Source: a bacterium
Lineage (GTDB): Bacteria; Zhuqueibacterota; QNDG01; JAFGCO01
Reading direction: 5' to 3'
Assembly (NCBI GenBank): GCA_016932575.1
Contig: JAFGCO010000065.1
Location: 20,465 to 84,464, forward strand
Length of the DNA: 64,000 bases
The notes under the pieces are model-generated. The model saw nothing but the letters and a program-made list of their open reading frames with translations. It did no database searches and was not told the DNA's origin. Below, one piece after another: positions 1 through 11,100 of the stretch (position 1 is its first letter; each line of letters starts with the position of its first letter). The position numbers were made by a program, and so were the translations under genes.

Positions 1-449
1 CACGTATTGGCGCTTTCATGAGTAATAACTGCGCACAACAAATCAATATCAAGATTCGTGTATTTCAGAGACATTTCATGAACAGTATTGGCAATATCAT
101 AAGCCTCATCAGAGGGAATAGAAGCATTATGATCGCGGATAATTTGAATCACTTTTTGTAATTTATACTGCCGCACCGTATCTGTATTCATTGCGGACCG
201 TAAATCAACAAGCTCTCTTTGTAATCGGGTGACAGTCAGTACATTCAGATAAAGATAGTAACCGCCAAATGCGATAATGACAATTAATGCAAACCGAAAA
301 GCGATTTTAATACCATATTTCAGAATTTCTTCGATACCCGGTAATCTGCGCTTATTGATCGCTTTTGTCGCTTTTTGTGTTTTGCGTTTTGAATCCATTT
401 TTTTGACAGATTGATTCTGCTGCTTTTGTTGCTTTTGTTTTTCCATATA
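1..449 (-). CDS. Hypothetical membrane-anchored protein, N-terminal part only (the C-terminus runs off the window). It may be the start of a lysozyme-like/transglycosylase domain ('AVITHESANT').
   Basis: Reverse-strand ATG near 447..449 opens a frame (MEKQKQQKQQNQSVKK...) that stays open to the window edge. There is a hydrophobic segment 'IAFRFALIVIIAFGGYYLYL'. The ORF is missing from the supplied track, probably because it has no in-window stop. Confidence 0.35.
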
Positions 450-671
450 ACTCCCTATTAAGTTATTGTTTTCTTGTCAATTGGCTTTGAGCAATAATTA
501 TACCGATAAATAATAAATATAAAATATTTATAACATTGAGAACATAATTACACCCCTTAATCATTAATTTATATAAACTTATCATTTTATTTGAACTTGT
601 CATCCGTATATGCCGGCTTTAGGTCAAAACCAGCAATATTTCATTTTCGTCACAAATATTTCAAAACTGAA

Positions 672-1634
672 TTAAGAAGGATTTCTTGAGTGGCCATTTT
701 CACGCCACCCCATACGCGGGATAAAAATCAATCCGATAATGGCAGGAATCATAACGTTGATTAGAAATAAAAGAAAAGCACTGTTAAATGCTGTGACTTT
801 TTGGATACCGAAATTTTTAAAAAAATAAATGGCGGCACCCTCACGGATTCCCAGATCGCCTATGGAAAACGGAAGAATAATTTTAGTAACCATTGTTGAT
901 GTGGTGGAGGTGATCAAAGCGTTCAGTGATATCTTTTCAAAAGCCAATGCCAGCAGGCTAAATTGAAAAATATAAATAAAATAAAGCGTGAGAGACAAAA
1001 AAATAAATGGTTTTGCGTTTTTAGGATGAAACTGGTCCAAACCATTGATAAACTCTTTCAGCTTGTCTCGAAAAGGCAGCAGCAATGACACATGATAAAA
1101 AAATGACCGGACATGTTTTGGATGGATCAATAAGAAAATGCCGATTCCGGTAGCCAAAATACCGAAGCCGATGAGTAGAGCCATGAGAAATATATTTAAT
1201 CTCAATTGAAAAAACATAAATGAAACCAACCCCCAGATTCCAAATACAATGATGATTACAGATGCATAAAACTTATCAATAAAAATCAGACTTAATGTTT
1301 TAACATGGTCGATGTTTGATAAAAATAGAGCTCTGCCAAATTCTCCAATACGTCCGGGCGTTACCATACCCACAGTCAGCCCGCCAAACAATGAGACCAT
1401 TGATTCTTTGAATGTAATATCCGGTTTGATTAAACGCAGAAGATAATACCATCGATACCATTGTAATCCGATATTAAGAATTAATATCATGGAAGCAAAA
1501 ACGATGAAACGGGGCGATTGTGGATTCTGGAAAGTATTTATTATGGTTTTATAATGAACCTTATGAACAACCCATAATAGAACGACAATCGCTAAAATGA
1601 TTTTTAAAAAGAAAAATAATCTTCGTTTACGCAC
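672..1634 (-). CDS. Polytopic inner-membrane protein, LPG-synthase TM-region-like (UPF0104 / 'flippase-like domain' family).
   Basis: 320 aa, about 8 hydrophobic helices, Lys/Arg-rich N-terminus (MRKRRLFFFLKIIL...). The overall layout is typical of the UPF0104 family. The family assignment is from memory, not a search. Confidence 0.45.
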   Translation of the reverse strand: MRKRRLFFFLKIILAIVVLLWVVHKVHYKTIINTFQNPQSPRFIVFASMILILNIGLQWYRWYYLLRLIKPDITFKESMVSLFGGLTVGMVTPGRIGEFGRALFLSNIDHVKTLSLIFIDKFYASVIIIVFGIWGLVSFMFFQLRLNIFLMALLIGFGILATGIGIFLLIHPKHVRSFFYHVSLLLPFRDKLKEFINGLDQFHPKNAKPFIFLSLTLYFIYIFQFSLLALAFEKISLNALITSTTSTMVTKIILPFSIGDLGIREGAAIYFFKNFGIQKVTAFNSAFLLFLINVMIPAIIGLIFIPRMGWRENGHSRNPS

Positions 1635-1709
1635 AGATTACTACCAAATTAAATAAATAAAAATCAGGCGTAAAATATATGCAAATTTCACGTATGAATC
1701 AAGAAAAAA

Positions 1710-1749
1710 AATACCTGCCACATACAAATCGTCAGTGACAGGTATTTTT
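1710..1749. terminator. Hairpin flanked by an A-run and a T-run, a bidirectional intrinsic-terminator candidate downstream of the DUF4097 gene.
   Basis: aatacctg ... caggtatt inverted repeat (8 bp). 'aaaaaaaa' precedes it and 'ttttt' follows. Confidence 0.35.
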
Positions 1750-1756
1750 AATCAAA

Positions 1757-2683
1757 TTATTGTATTTTCTCGATAGAAATCCCACCTCCTGATGTCCGGA
1801 GATAAATCATTGGCCCTCCCCCATTAATTTGAGCATTCAAAGAATGACCGGAAATATTCCCTTTTACCGTGACAGGAAAATCTGTATACACTTTTCCACC
1901 GCTGGTTTTGGCATCCACATTGACATGAATATTTTCCGCAAGCGTTACATGAATCGAACCTCCGGACGTTCTCAACTCACAATCACTCGCAGGTTGTTTT
2001 GTAATTTTTGTCTTTACTGAGCCGCCTGAAGTGTGGGCACGAACGGTCCCCTGCACTTCATCAACTGTAATTCCGCCTCCGGAAGTATGCGCTTCCACCT
2101 CTCCCATGACTTCTCCGATATGTATACTGCCGCCCGATGTGGAAACATCGACCGGACCTTTGCATTTTTCCAGACGAATGCTTCCGCCTGAAGTTTTCCC
2201 GTCCACTTCGCCTGTGATTCCGCCAAATTTCAGACTGCCCCCTGACGTGCGGCTCCATACATTACCCTCCAGGTCTCCTACAGCGATACTTCCCCCGCTG
2301 GTCCTCAGTTTCACATGGTATTGTTTGGGAACCGATATTTCAAAATTGACCTGATATTTCTTCCACCAATTTCCAAGAATACTCGTGCGTTCCTTCTGAA
2401 GAACAACATTGACATCATTCCCTGATTGCTTGATTTGTATATCCAAATCCCGGATGCTTTCTTTCAATCGTTCTGAACTGCCTGTTCTGGTTTTAAACAC
2501 AATCAGTACATTCACTTCATTCTTTTTCTGCGGAATGATCTCAATCGATCCAAATTCAGCATTTACATCCAATGTTCCACCTGCATTGACTTGAAATGAC
2601 TTCTCAATCCGTTCTTCTCCTGCATAAACAGTAATGGCAGCAATCAATAATGCAGCAATGAGAGCTGATTTTTTTATCACCAT
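1757..2683 (-). CDS. DUF4097-type putative adhesin/lipoprotein with reiterated 'TSGGSI' beta-strand repeats.
   Basis: Signal peptide MVIKKSALIAALLIAAITVYA. There are at least 7 repeats of (R/K)TSGGS(I/L/V)xx spaced about 20 aa apart, the hallmark of the DUF4097 beta-helix-like family. Confidence 0.6.
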   Translation of the reverse strand: MVIKKSALIAALLIAAITVYAGEERIEKSFQVNAGGTLDVNAEFGSIEIIPQKKNEVNVLIVFKTRTGSSERLKESIRDLDIQIKQSGNDVNVVLQKERTSILGNWWKKYQVNFEISVPKQYHVKLRTSGGSIAVGDLEGNVWSRTSGGSLKFGGITGEVDGKTSGGSIRLEKCKGPVDVSTSGGSIHIGEVMGEVEAHTSGGGITVDEVQGTVRAHTSGGSVKTKITKQPASDCELRTSGGSIHVTLAENIHVNVDAKTSGGKVYTDFPVTVKGNISGHSLNAQINGGGPMIYLRTSGGGISIEKIQ

Positions 2684-2780
2684 TTTTTTCTCCTTTGACT
2701 TATTAAAATAATGGTTATTGTATCACTTAATTAGACACAGAAAATATGAAAAAGTTCACAAGGTTTCATATCAATAAACG

Positions 2781-2812
2781 AAAAAACCCATGTCAGGTTA
2801 CATGGGTTTTAA
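2781..2812 (-). terminator. Rho-independent terminator of the aldo/keto reductase gene.
   Basis: aaaaaaccca tg / catgggtttt perfect stem, 8-nt loop. On the minus strand it is followed by TTTTTTCG. Confidence 0.55.
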
Positions 2813-2836
2813 ATATATTATTATAGTCAGTATTGC

Positions 2837-3826
2837 CTACTGAAGGATGGAATCAATTTTTTTTATTTCTGTTTCCGTAAAACCCTTATGCCTGATGCAT
2901 GCCACGTTGTCCTCCAATTGCCTGACGGAAGAGGATCCGATAAGGGCTGATGTCACTTCAGATTTTCTCAACACCCATGTCAGAGCCATTTGCGCCAGAG
3001 TTTGGCCCCGTTTCCCAGCCATTTGATTCAACTGAATAATTTTATGGATCATATCCCCGGTAATCTCTTCTCTTTTCAGAAATCCATGCGATTTCGATGC
3101 CCTTGATCCTCTGGGAATTCCTTTCAGATAACGGTCGGTTAACAGCCCCTGCGCCAGCGGAGAAAAAACAATACATCCCATCTGAAGTCGATTCAGGATA
3201 TCAAAAAGGCTGTTTTCCGGTTCCCTGAAAAGCATGGAATATTTAACCTGATGAATCAGGCATCTTACCCCCATGGATCTGAGAATATCGTAAGCCTTTT
3301 CAGTGGCCTCGGATGGATAGTTGGAAATGCCGGCATAGAGCGCCTTCCCCTGCTTAACCGCCATGGCAAGTGCTTCCATGGTCTCTTCCAATGGAGTATC
3401 GGGATCAAAGCGGTGTGAATAAAAAATATCGACATATTCCAGGCCCAATCGTTTTAAGCTCTGGTCCAAACTGGCAGAAAGATATTTTTTGGATCCCCAT
3501 TCCCCGTAGGGTCCAGGCCACATATAGTATCCTGCCTTCGTTGAAATAATCAGCTCATCTCGATACGAACGAAAATCCTTATCAATTATTTTTCCAAAAT
3601 TCTCTTCTGCAGAACCGGGAGACGGTCCGTAATTATTCGCCAGGTCAAAATGTGTTATTCCCAGATCGAAGGCACGGCGTACTATTCTCCGCGCTTGATG
3701 AAAACAATCAACGTCCCCGAAATTATGCCATAAACCCAGAGAAATTCCGGGCAGTTTCAAACCGCTGTTTCCGCACCTGACATACTTCATATGATCATAA
3801 CGTGTCGAGACTGCCTGATATTCCAT
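2837..3826 (-). CDS. Aldo/keto reductase, YghZ/Mgr-like (L-glyceraldehyde-3-phosphate reductase family, Kv-beta-like AKR).
   Basis: 329 aa. The N-terminus 'YVRCGNSGLKLPGISLGLWHNFG...AFDLGITHFDLANNYGPSPGSAEENFGKII' is near-canonical for the AKR14/YghZ subfamily. Confidence 0.85.
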   Translation of the reverse strand: MEYQAVSTRYDHMKYVRCGNSGLKLPGISLGLWHNFGDVDCFHQARRIVRRAFDLGITHFDLANNYGPSPGSAEENFGKIIDKDFRSYRDELIISTKAGYYMWPGPYGEWGSKKYLSASLDQSLKRLGLEYVDIFYSHRFDPDTPLEETMEALAMAVKQGKALYAGISNYPSEATEKAYDILRSMGVRCLIHQVKYSMLFREPENSLFDILNRLQMGCIVFSPLAQGLLTDRYLKGIPRGSRASKSHGFLKREEITGDMIHKIIQLNQMAGKRGQTLAQMALTWVLRKSEVTSALIGSSSVRQLEDNVACIRHKGFTETEIKKIDSILQ

Positions 3827-3920
3827 GATTCTTCTTTCTAATATTTTTTCAAATAATTTATATAAAAAATTTCTATATTCGCCAAGCCCCTGAAGGGAAA
3901 TGATTCACAAACGATTCAGA

Positions 3921-3953
3921 AAAAAAGCTGCCCGGCATTTCATTCCGGACAGC
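3921..3953 (-). terminator. Terminator candidate closing the ~20-kb minus-strand super-operon.
   Basis: gctgcccgg / ccggacagc stem (one mismatch) with a 9-nt loop, followed on the minus strand by TTTTTTT. It lies 35–65 bp downstream of the 3988 stop. Confidence 0.4.
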
Positions 3954-3987
3954 AGCGATGACAACTGATAGAGATTAAAAATAGGAA

Positions 3988-5136
3988 TTAAAATTCATAT
4001 CGGAATAAAATCGCCACATCCATTCCTTCGATATTTAATTTTTTTAAATCCTCGGCACTGATTCTTTGACCAACCATATATTTTATATAAAATTCAATGA
4101 ATGTGTTATATGAAAATCGGTATTCTCCCCCAAATCCTCCTCCCAGTGCTTTGGCCCATGATAATCCTGCTTCGTTTTCACCGTAAAAACGTCCGTCAAC
4201 TAAAACATTTGCACCGCCGCCCTGTATGTGAAAAGCCTTCCATATAATATTGAAATCCAGCTTCGGTGAGTTGCTGTTAAAAACTTCTTCCTTGAATAAC
4301 TGGCCCTGAAGCGCATAATTATTCGTTTTAGAACGATAATTTAAAAGTGCCCAGAGATAATATTCATCATAGCGATAAAAATAACCCAGATTGATTGTCA
4401 TTTTTGTCCCTGACTGAAATACATATTGAGGACTGTTGTATTTGTCTTTTTGGTAAAATGTAAAAATACCATCCAGCATGACCTTCATATCTTCATTAAA
4501 ACCCAGGTCGAGGCCAAGATGCACATTGGTTTCATCTCCCGGATCATAATAGCCATCGACTTTATTTCCCTGATTGGCCCAATTTGCGCTGTAAATGGGA
4601 ACAAACTTTCTTCGATACAAATAAGAGGCGCCGCCGCCAATGACGACATTATCTGAAAAGGAATGCGCAATAAGGGCACCGATTTTACCCTGAAATCCCT
4701 GACCATAGACAGGGGTTTTAAAATTGAATATGTTGAGATTTAAATGGGTTGATAAATAATATTCCTTATAATTCAGTCTTGTCTTACCCAGCGGAACACC
4801 AATCCCTCCTATGATAAGCAGCCGATTATCCCATAAAAGCAGATTTCCCTGCAGGTAGGGATCGGAAAATCCACCCATACTGGTATGACGCATATCCCAA
4901 TCTGTACGTGCATATGCATAATCAAAATTTAAATTAAAATGACTGTTAACCGGAATGACCATATGCACAGGAATGGTCACCTGCATAATGGGTTTTTCAA
5001 TGATAATTTCTTCCCGCCATATTTGCAGACAGGGGCCTGTTTTAATAAATCCCTTGGGAGCGCTTGGAATAATTTCTTCCTGCGCTAAGACATTTTGAAA
5101 CATGAACAGTATGATTAAGATGCAAATGCGTTTCAT
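3988..5136 (-). CDS. Outer-membrane beta-barrel protein, paralog A (cassette partner of giant protein A).
   Basis: Start refined to MKRICILIILFMF (AAGGAAA ribosome-binding site 7 nt upstream). The signal peptide ends ...NVLAQEE. Alternating amphipathic strands run throughout and the C-terminus is '...FRYEF' (terminal aromatic). It shares motifs with 14179..15279: 'DGRFYGENE', 'YDPGDE(T/F)NV', 'G(V/L)P(L/T)GKT.L', 'P.YGQG'. Confidence 0.55.
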   Translation of the reverse strand: MKRICILIILFMFQNVLAQEEIIPSAPKGFIKTGPCLQIWREEIIIEKPIMQVTIPVHMVIPVNSHFNLNFDYAYARTDWDMRHTSMGGFSDPYLQGNLLLWDNRLLIIGGIGVPLGKTRLNYKEYYLSTHLNLNIFNFKTPVYGQGFQGKIGALIAHSFSDNVVIGGGASYLYRRKFVPIYSANWANQGNKVDGYYDPGDETNVHLGLDLGFNEDMKVMLDGIFTFYQKDKYNSPQYVFQSGTKMTINLGYFYRYDEYYLWALLNYRSKTNNYALQGQLFKEEVFNSNSPKLDFNIIWKAFHIQGGGANVLVDGRFYGENEAGLSWAKALGGGFGGEYRFSYNTFIEFYIKYMVGQRISAEDLKKLNIEGMDVAILFRYEF

Positions 5137-5179
5137 CTCAATTTTCCTTGTCTTATAAACGATGGTCATCGTTAAAATG

Positions 5180-8100
5180 CTATTTTAAAAGAATCATCTT
5201 TCGTGTCGCTACTTTTCCTGCGGCTTTCAACTTATATATATAAACTCCAGAAGCCAGCTTCATGCCCTGGTCATTCGTTCCATCCCATATCACCTCGTGG
5301 TGACCGGTTCCACAATCGTTTTGAGCGATCTTTTTCACCTGCTGCCCCAATGCATTGAAAATGATGATTTCCACGTCTGATTTTCGAGGCAGACTGTAAT
5401 AAATCTTAGTCGCGGGATTAAATGGATTGGGCGAATTGGGATAAAGCTTAAATACGGCCGGTTCCAGTGAAATGCCATCACGATGCTGCTGAACAAAGGC
5501 TTCATTTCCGGCAATAATTTTAAAGGAACGCCTGGTGCTTTTCTTTTTGGTATTAATTGTGTAAATCTTTTTCATCTGGAGATCCGCAGCCACTTCATTT
5601 TCGGGATCAATTAAATAAGCCTGCCAGTTGTCCGGCATGGCCTGGATGAATTGCCAGGAAATCTGATACTTATGATTTTTTGACGGACAGTCCACATCAA
5701 TATTCCAGACATGCCCCTCTGAATTGCTTTTACGAATATCAGCCATATATTTTCCCGGCTGATATTCCCATTCTGAATGATCAAAATAAAGCGATGTGCA
5801 TTCAAAAAAGGAAGGCGGTGGTTCCGGTCGATCATAAGGATCGTACATGATATGGGCTTTCGGCCGCATTCCGGCATAATTATAGACATCGCGGCCGTAG
5901 TCATCAGATGCAGAAAATTGAATGAGCCAGGCATTTTCTTCCAGATTTTCCAATAACCGGTATTCAGAAACCTTCGATTTGCTCAGGGAGGATTCACGAG
6001 GCTGAATGTAGAGATATTCAGATTCATCCCCGGAATGATATACCCAGTATCCTACCCATGGCTCCAGAACCTGAATATCAGGTTCATAACCGTCTTGTCC
6101 CCATTCATAAGGCGGTGTAATAGTGCTGGAAGAGACAGCACAATCCGACCATTTTACATTAAAATTATAGGGATTGCCGATCATATTCCAACCTGGTGCC
6201 AGCTCTTTTTCAAAACTGTTTGCTGTAGAAACAGTCTTGCCGGGGCGGAGCTGGAAGTTCCGTTCAATATTACTGACAAGCCAGTATGCCCGTCCGGGAG
6301 GCAATGAGAAAAATACCGCATTGTCGTCAATAATCTGATTACCTTCGCCTCTTTTGGCATATTCAATATAATCATCATGAAAAGGATCCAAAGCATACAG
6401 GGGGCTTTTTGTGGGATCCCACCAGAATAGGCGCCATTGAAACGGATCATACTCAGAAATAGACACATCCACAAATACAGTATCCGGATCGTAGGTATCC
6501 AGTGAAAACGGAACAGAAAACATAGCAGCAAGCTGATATTTTCCCAGTTCATTTCTCTGTGCCGCGTAATGCATTTGCGTGATCATAGTCTCAAATCGGA
6601 TCTGCATAGAAAGCGGATTGTGCACTGCATCCACAACCGGATATGTATATGTCCGTTGCGTTTGCGATACCATATGGATATAGTATTCGAGGCCGCGTAA
6701 TGTCACACTGTCCGCAGGAATATTGGCCTTAAAAACAATATCACTTTCAGGAAAAGCAGATATCGAATGGTATTCTTCCATACCCGCCTGCCTGTAAAAT
6801 ATCTTTACTGATGACGGATTGACTTCATAAGGCACTTCGATGGCTATAGTGACCGGATCTCCCGCTTTTGGATGGGCTGGTGTCGGAGTGAGTATTTTTA
6901 TCCCTGCATCATGAGGCATATTAAAACTCCAGACTTCACGATCAATGTTTGAAAATCGGAATTCATCCAGATATCCCTGAAAATATCCGGAATAGCCTCC
7001 GGTTTTTCTCTCTGCTGCGCCAAGGAGCAGCGGCCGGACTGCATCTGCTTTTGGCTGGCCAATATCCCACTGTTTATTCCAAATTTCGATCCAATCAATA
7101 TACATGCTTCCGGAACGGGTATGTGAATCATATACAAAAGCCATATGGTGCCAGGCATTATCATTGACACGGGGGCCTGCGCCATCGAAGCCATTGACAA
7201 TTAAATGCCCGGTACTTCCAATCTTTATAACGAAATCACCCTGCATCAAAGAATCCTGATATCCCTTGCCTATTAAAACCTGTGAAACCGTATCGGTCCT
7301 GAAATAGCACTCTAAAGTAATACTTTCCCTGCTCAAATCATTCTGAAAAATATCCTTCCCGGGAATTTCAATGCGATCATTGTATCCGTCAAACCGGACA
7401 CCGGCTGTATAAAATCCCTTATTGGGTTCGATCCGTGCGCCATTCCACAGAAACCCCTGAAATTTATTATCTGAGTAATCAAGCACTGTATCACCTCGAG
7501 ATTCATTAAAATGATAAAGCGCCAATGTATACCGATCGGATGTATATTCTGCTGCACCCGGATTCTTGTAACCATATCCTTCTAAAGACAGGTTCACAGT
7601 GGGTGAATTCTCTGCATTACTGTGCAATGTAAACTGATATTGGTAATTAATCGCTTCAAGTACCGGTTTAAATGAAATTGGCAGATACATGGAATCAAGA
7701 CGATCCACTGAGAATGACTTTAAACTGTCCGGTATGCTGAAAATAGTATCCGCTCCTGTAACATGATGTATTTTCAGCGACTGATCCCCAAGATTCTTGA
7801 TCAGTACATCCAGGGTGCGTGTAAAGCCCAATTTCACCCCTTCATAATACAACTGATAGGAGGATACGTTAATTTGAGGCGGAACCACATTCAGATCCCA
7901 CGATTCCCGATTGATATTGGAAAAACGGATTTCATCCACGTACCCATAGAATTGCCGCGCATTGTCATAATCCGCTCCGAAATGGATTGTCCCGTCTCCA
8001 AGATCCAATAATTCACCCAAAAAAGCCAGGCTGTCTTGTACAATGCCGTTGATCATAAACCGCACCCAGTTGGCATCAAGAGAAACAGACACGTGATACC

Positions 8101-11100
8101 ATTGATTGACATCGATCTCATCCAAAGCATACCCGTGCAGGCTGAAACCATCGTTTTGCTGATTCCAGATTCGAGCCATAATTTCAGGGCTTTCACCGCT
8201 GGTAAAAAGAATTTCATACTGTTTCACGCCATCGGTTTCCTGCTGTACAAGAATGCCCCCATTGTCAGGTTTCACTGAAAGATTAAACCAGGTTTCAACA
8301 GTAAAATAAGAACCGACCTTTCCCGTAACTGCGGTTCCGGGAATCTCAAGAGAACCTCCGTAAAATCGAAGTCCCTTCCCAAATCGGCCGGTATCCGACA
8401 GTGCAACATTGCCAACCAGCTTGCCATGAATGCCATTTCCCGACGAATCCGCCAGAGTCTCCCCGTCCTCTCCAATTTCATCCAGATGGAAAAGTGCGAG
8501 AGTAAACTCATCTGAAGAATACGCATCCTGGCTGATCTCCGGAATGCCTTCGCCATATAGATTGACATTCCTTTGCGGCCAAAAAGGATCGTTTGTAAAA
8601 AATGTGATTTTCCCTGAGTGTTCACCCAGATCATGAGCCGTATATGTAATCCGCATCCTCCGGCTCTCTCCGGGAGCCAGTTGAAATCCGGACAGGTCCG
8701 TTTTAAAATAGTCATCCAGATCGATCGCCACCGTATCAACCACCAGTGTATCGATACCCAGATCATTGTTCACAGTTAATTCGAGAACCCGGCTCGATCC
8801 CAGATATACTTCCCCAAAATTTAATTTGGAGGAGGATACGGTGATCCTTGCCATATCCACATTAAATTCCCAGGTTTGCCTGCCAATGCCGGAAATTCGG
8901 ACTTCGTCAATATTGCCATAAAATGCATTGTTGGTTATCCAGCTCCCTCCAACCAGCAATGAAAGCGTATCCATAATGGCATGGGTTTGTTCATTCGCAA
9001 TGGTACCGACGAATCCGGCTTGATCAATTTGGTTTCCGTTGATATAAAGAAACAGGCTGTCCACACGCTGAACCAGTGCCACATGATACCATTGATTGAT
9101 TTGAATCGGACCCAAGTCTGCGCTATTCACTTCAAAAAAATCCTGGGATCCATTGTATATTCGTCCAATCAGTCTTCCACCATTGTCTATATACAGATCA
9201 AACTGATTGGCTGACGCACTTCCCCGGCGCATTAAAACACTCTGCGTAAATGGAAATTGATCCATCCTGAACCAGCTTTCAACAGTAAATCCGCCCCACT
9301 TTGATTCTAATACATCATCCGTCTCCGGACGAACAACCATCCGTTCATCATCCGCTTTAAATTTAAGAGAGTACCCTTCTCCAAATTTCTTCTGATCACC
9401 GTCATAACTCACCCCTCCCTGAAACGCACCGTCCATTCCCTGACCGGAACTATCGGAAGCTCCAGAAAGTAAATAGTCGTCGAAATGATATAATCCCAAC
9501 GTAAAATGATCTGTCTCATACCGGCCTGCTTTAAAACTGCTGACAGCTCTTCCTTTAATCGGTACGTTAAATGTAGGATAGGTCGGATCTGAATTGACAA
9601 TGGTAATGATATGTGAATCTGCATGATCCGATTCCTGCTGTGGTGAATAAGTAATCCAAAAAGTAGTAGACGTATTGGGAGATAAGGATATGGGGTAACT
9701 GGCATCAATATTCACTGAACTGTAATTGGAATATATATTTTGCACAGTAAGCAACTGTGAGCCACGGTTTCGGATAGTGACAGGTACTGTGCGGCTCTTC
9801 CCAAACAATACATTACCAAATTCGATTGTCGAAGGCTGGAGTGATATTCTCGCACGGTTTACATGAAATTCCCACGGCTGCCGGTCAATGATTGAAAGAC
9901 GAATTTCATCAATCAGGCCGTTAAATGGCAAATATCCTGTCGAAGTTGCACCGATGGCCATGGGTTCTGAGTTTTGCAAACGCAATTGCCCGGATACATA
10001 TGTCGCTGATACTTTATCACCATTTAAATACAGACGCAGACTGTCTGTGTCCCAGGTCAAAGCCGCATGATACCATTGACCGACATTCAGGATGGACATC
10101 GAACCGGACGTCACTTGATGTACTGTGCCATTTTCATCCCAGACACTTCCTATCAATCCTTTTTCGTTTTGATTGTCCAATGCCAGTTCGACCTGGCGGC
10201 TGGTGTCATTGCCGCGGCGCAGCAGGATGGCATATGTCTCAGGTTTTTGTGCGATATTAAACCAGGCTTCAATCGTGAAAGGAGTATCATAAAAATTCAG
10301 CGCACTGTGATACGGAATGTATATATAATCCGATTCCCCATCCAGATCAAGCGCTTTATTCAATCCGGTACGTGAATCCGCCTGATCAGGAGCTCCTTCG
10401 ACAAGGGCATCTTTTTCATAAAGCGATGCATCCTCAACCGATGTAGACACATCACCGTCATCCATATGATAAAGACCGACTGTAAATTCATCCCGCTCAT
10501 AAGGTCCCTCACTCACCGGCATGGAAATGCGTCCCTGCAATGTTATCTCAACCGTTGATTCATCGGGATCATTTGTGTATATATACGCCTTATCCACCTG
10601 GGTCGGATCAGCAATATCGGCTGTTGGAGAAAAACGAACCACAATCTGATGTGTATCTTCGCGGGCAACAGAAAAGGCGGTTTGACTAAAGGAAAACAGC
10701 GGGTTCAGCCACTGGATATTCTCAATCCGAAGCTGAGTGCTCCCCTGATTAATAAATCTTAATATTCTCGGTCTGGATTCTCCCGGCGGAACCGGTCCGA
10801 ACTCCAAAGGGCTGGAAGGAGTAATTGAAATATCCGGCTGAACGGCACTGCTGAATACATAGAGCCCGTCATTTCCGTCCGCCATGACAACATACCCCTT
10901 ATAAGGAGTAATGTCAAGAGCCAGAGGCGTCTCCTGGGTTTCATAATAACCTGTCTTTAAAAACACACCCGGCGTCGAAAAATCATATACAAGCAAGCCA
11001 AATTCTGCATCTGTAAGATAAATTGTTTTCTCTTTAACATAAATATCTGTGATCATACCGCCGGTAGCCACCCGGTTGACACTGTTGGTTTGTATATTCC

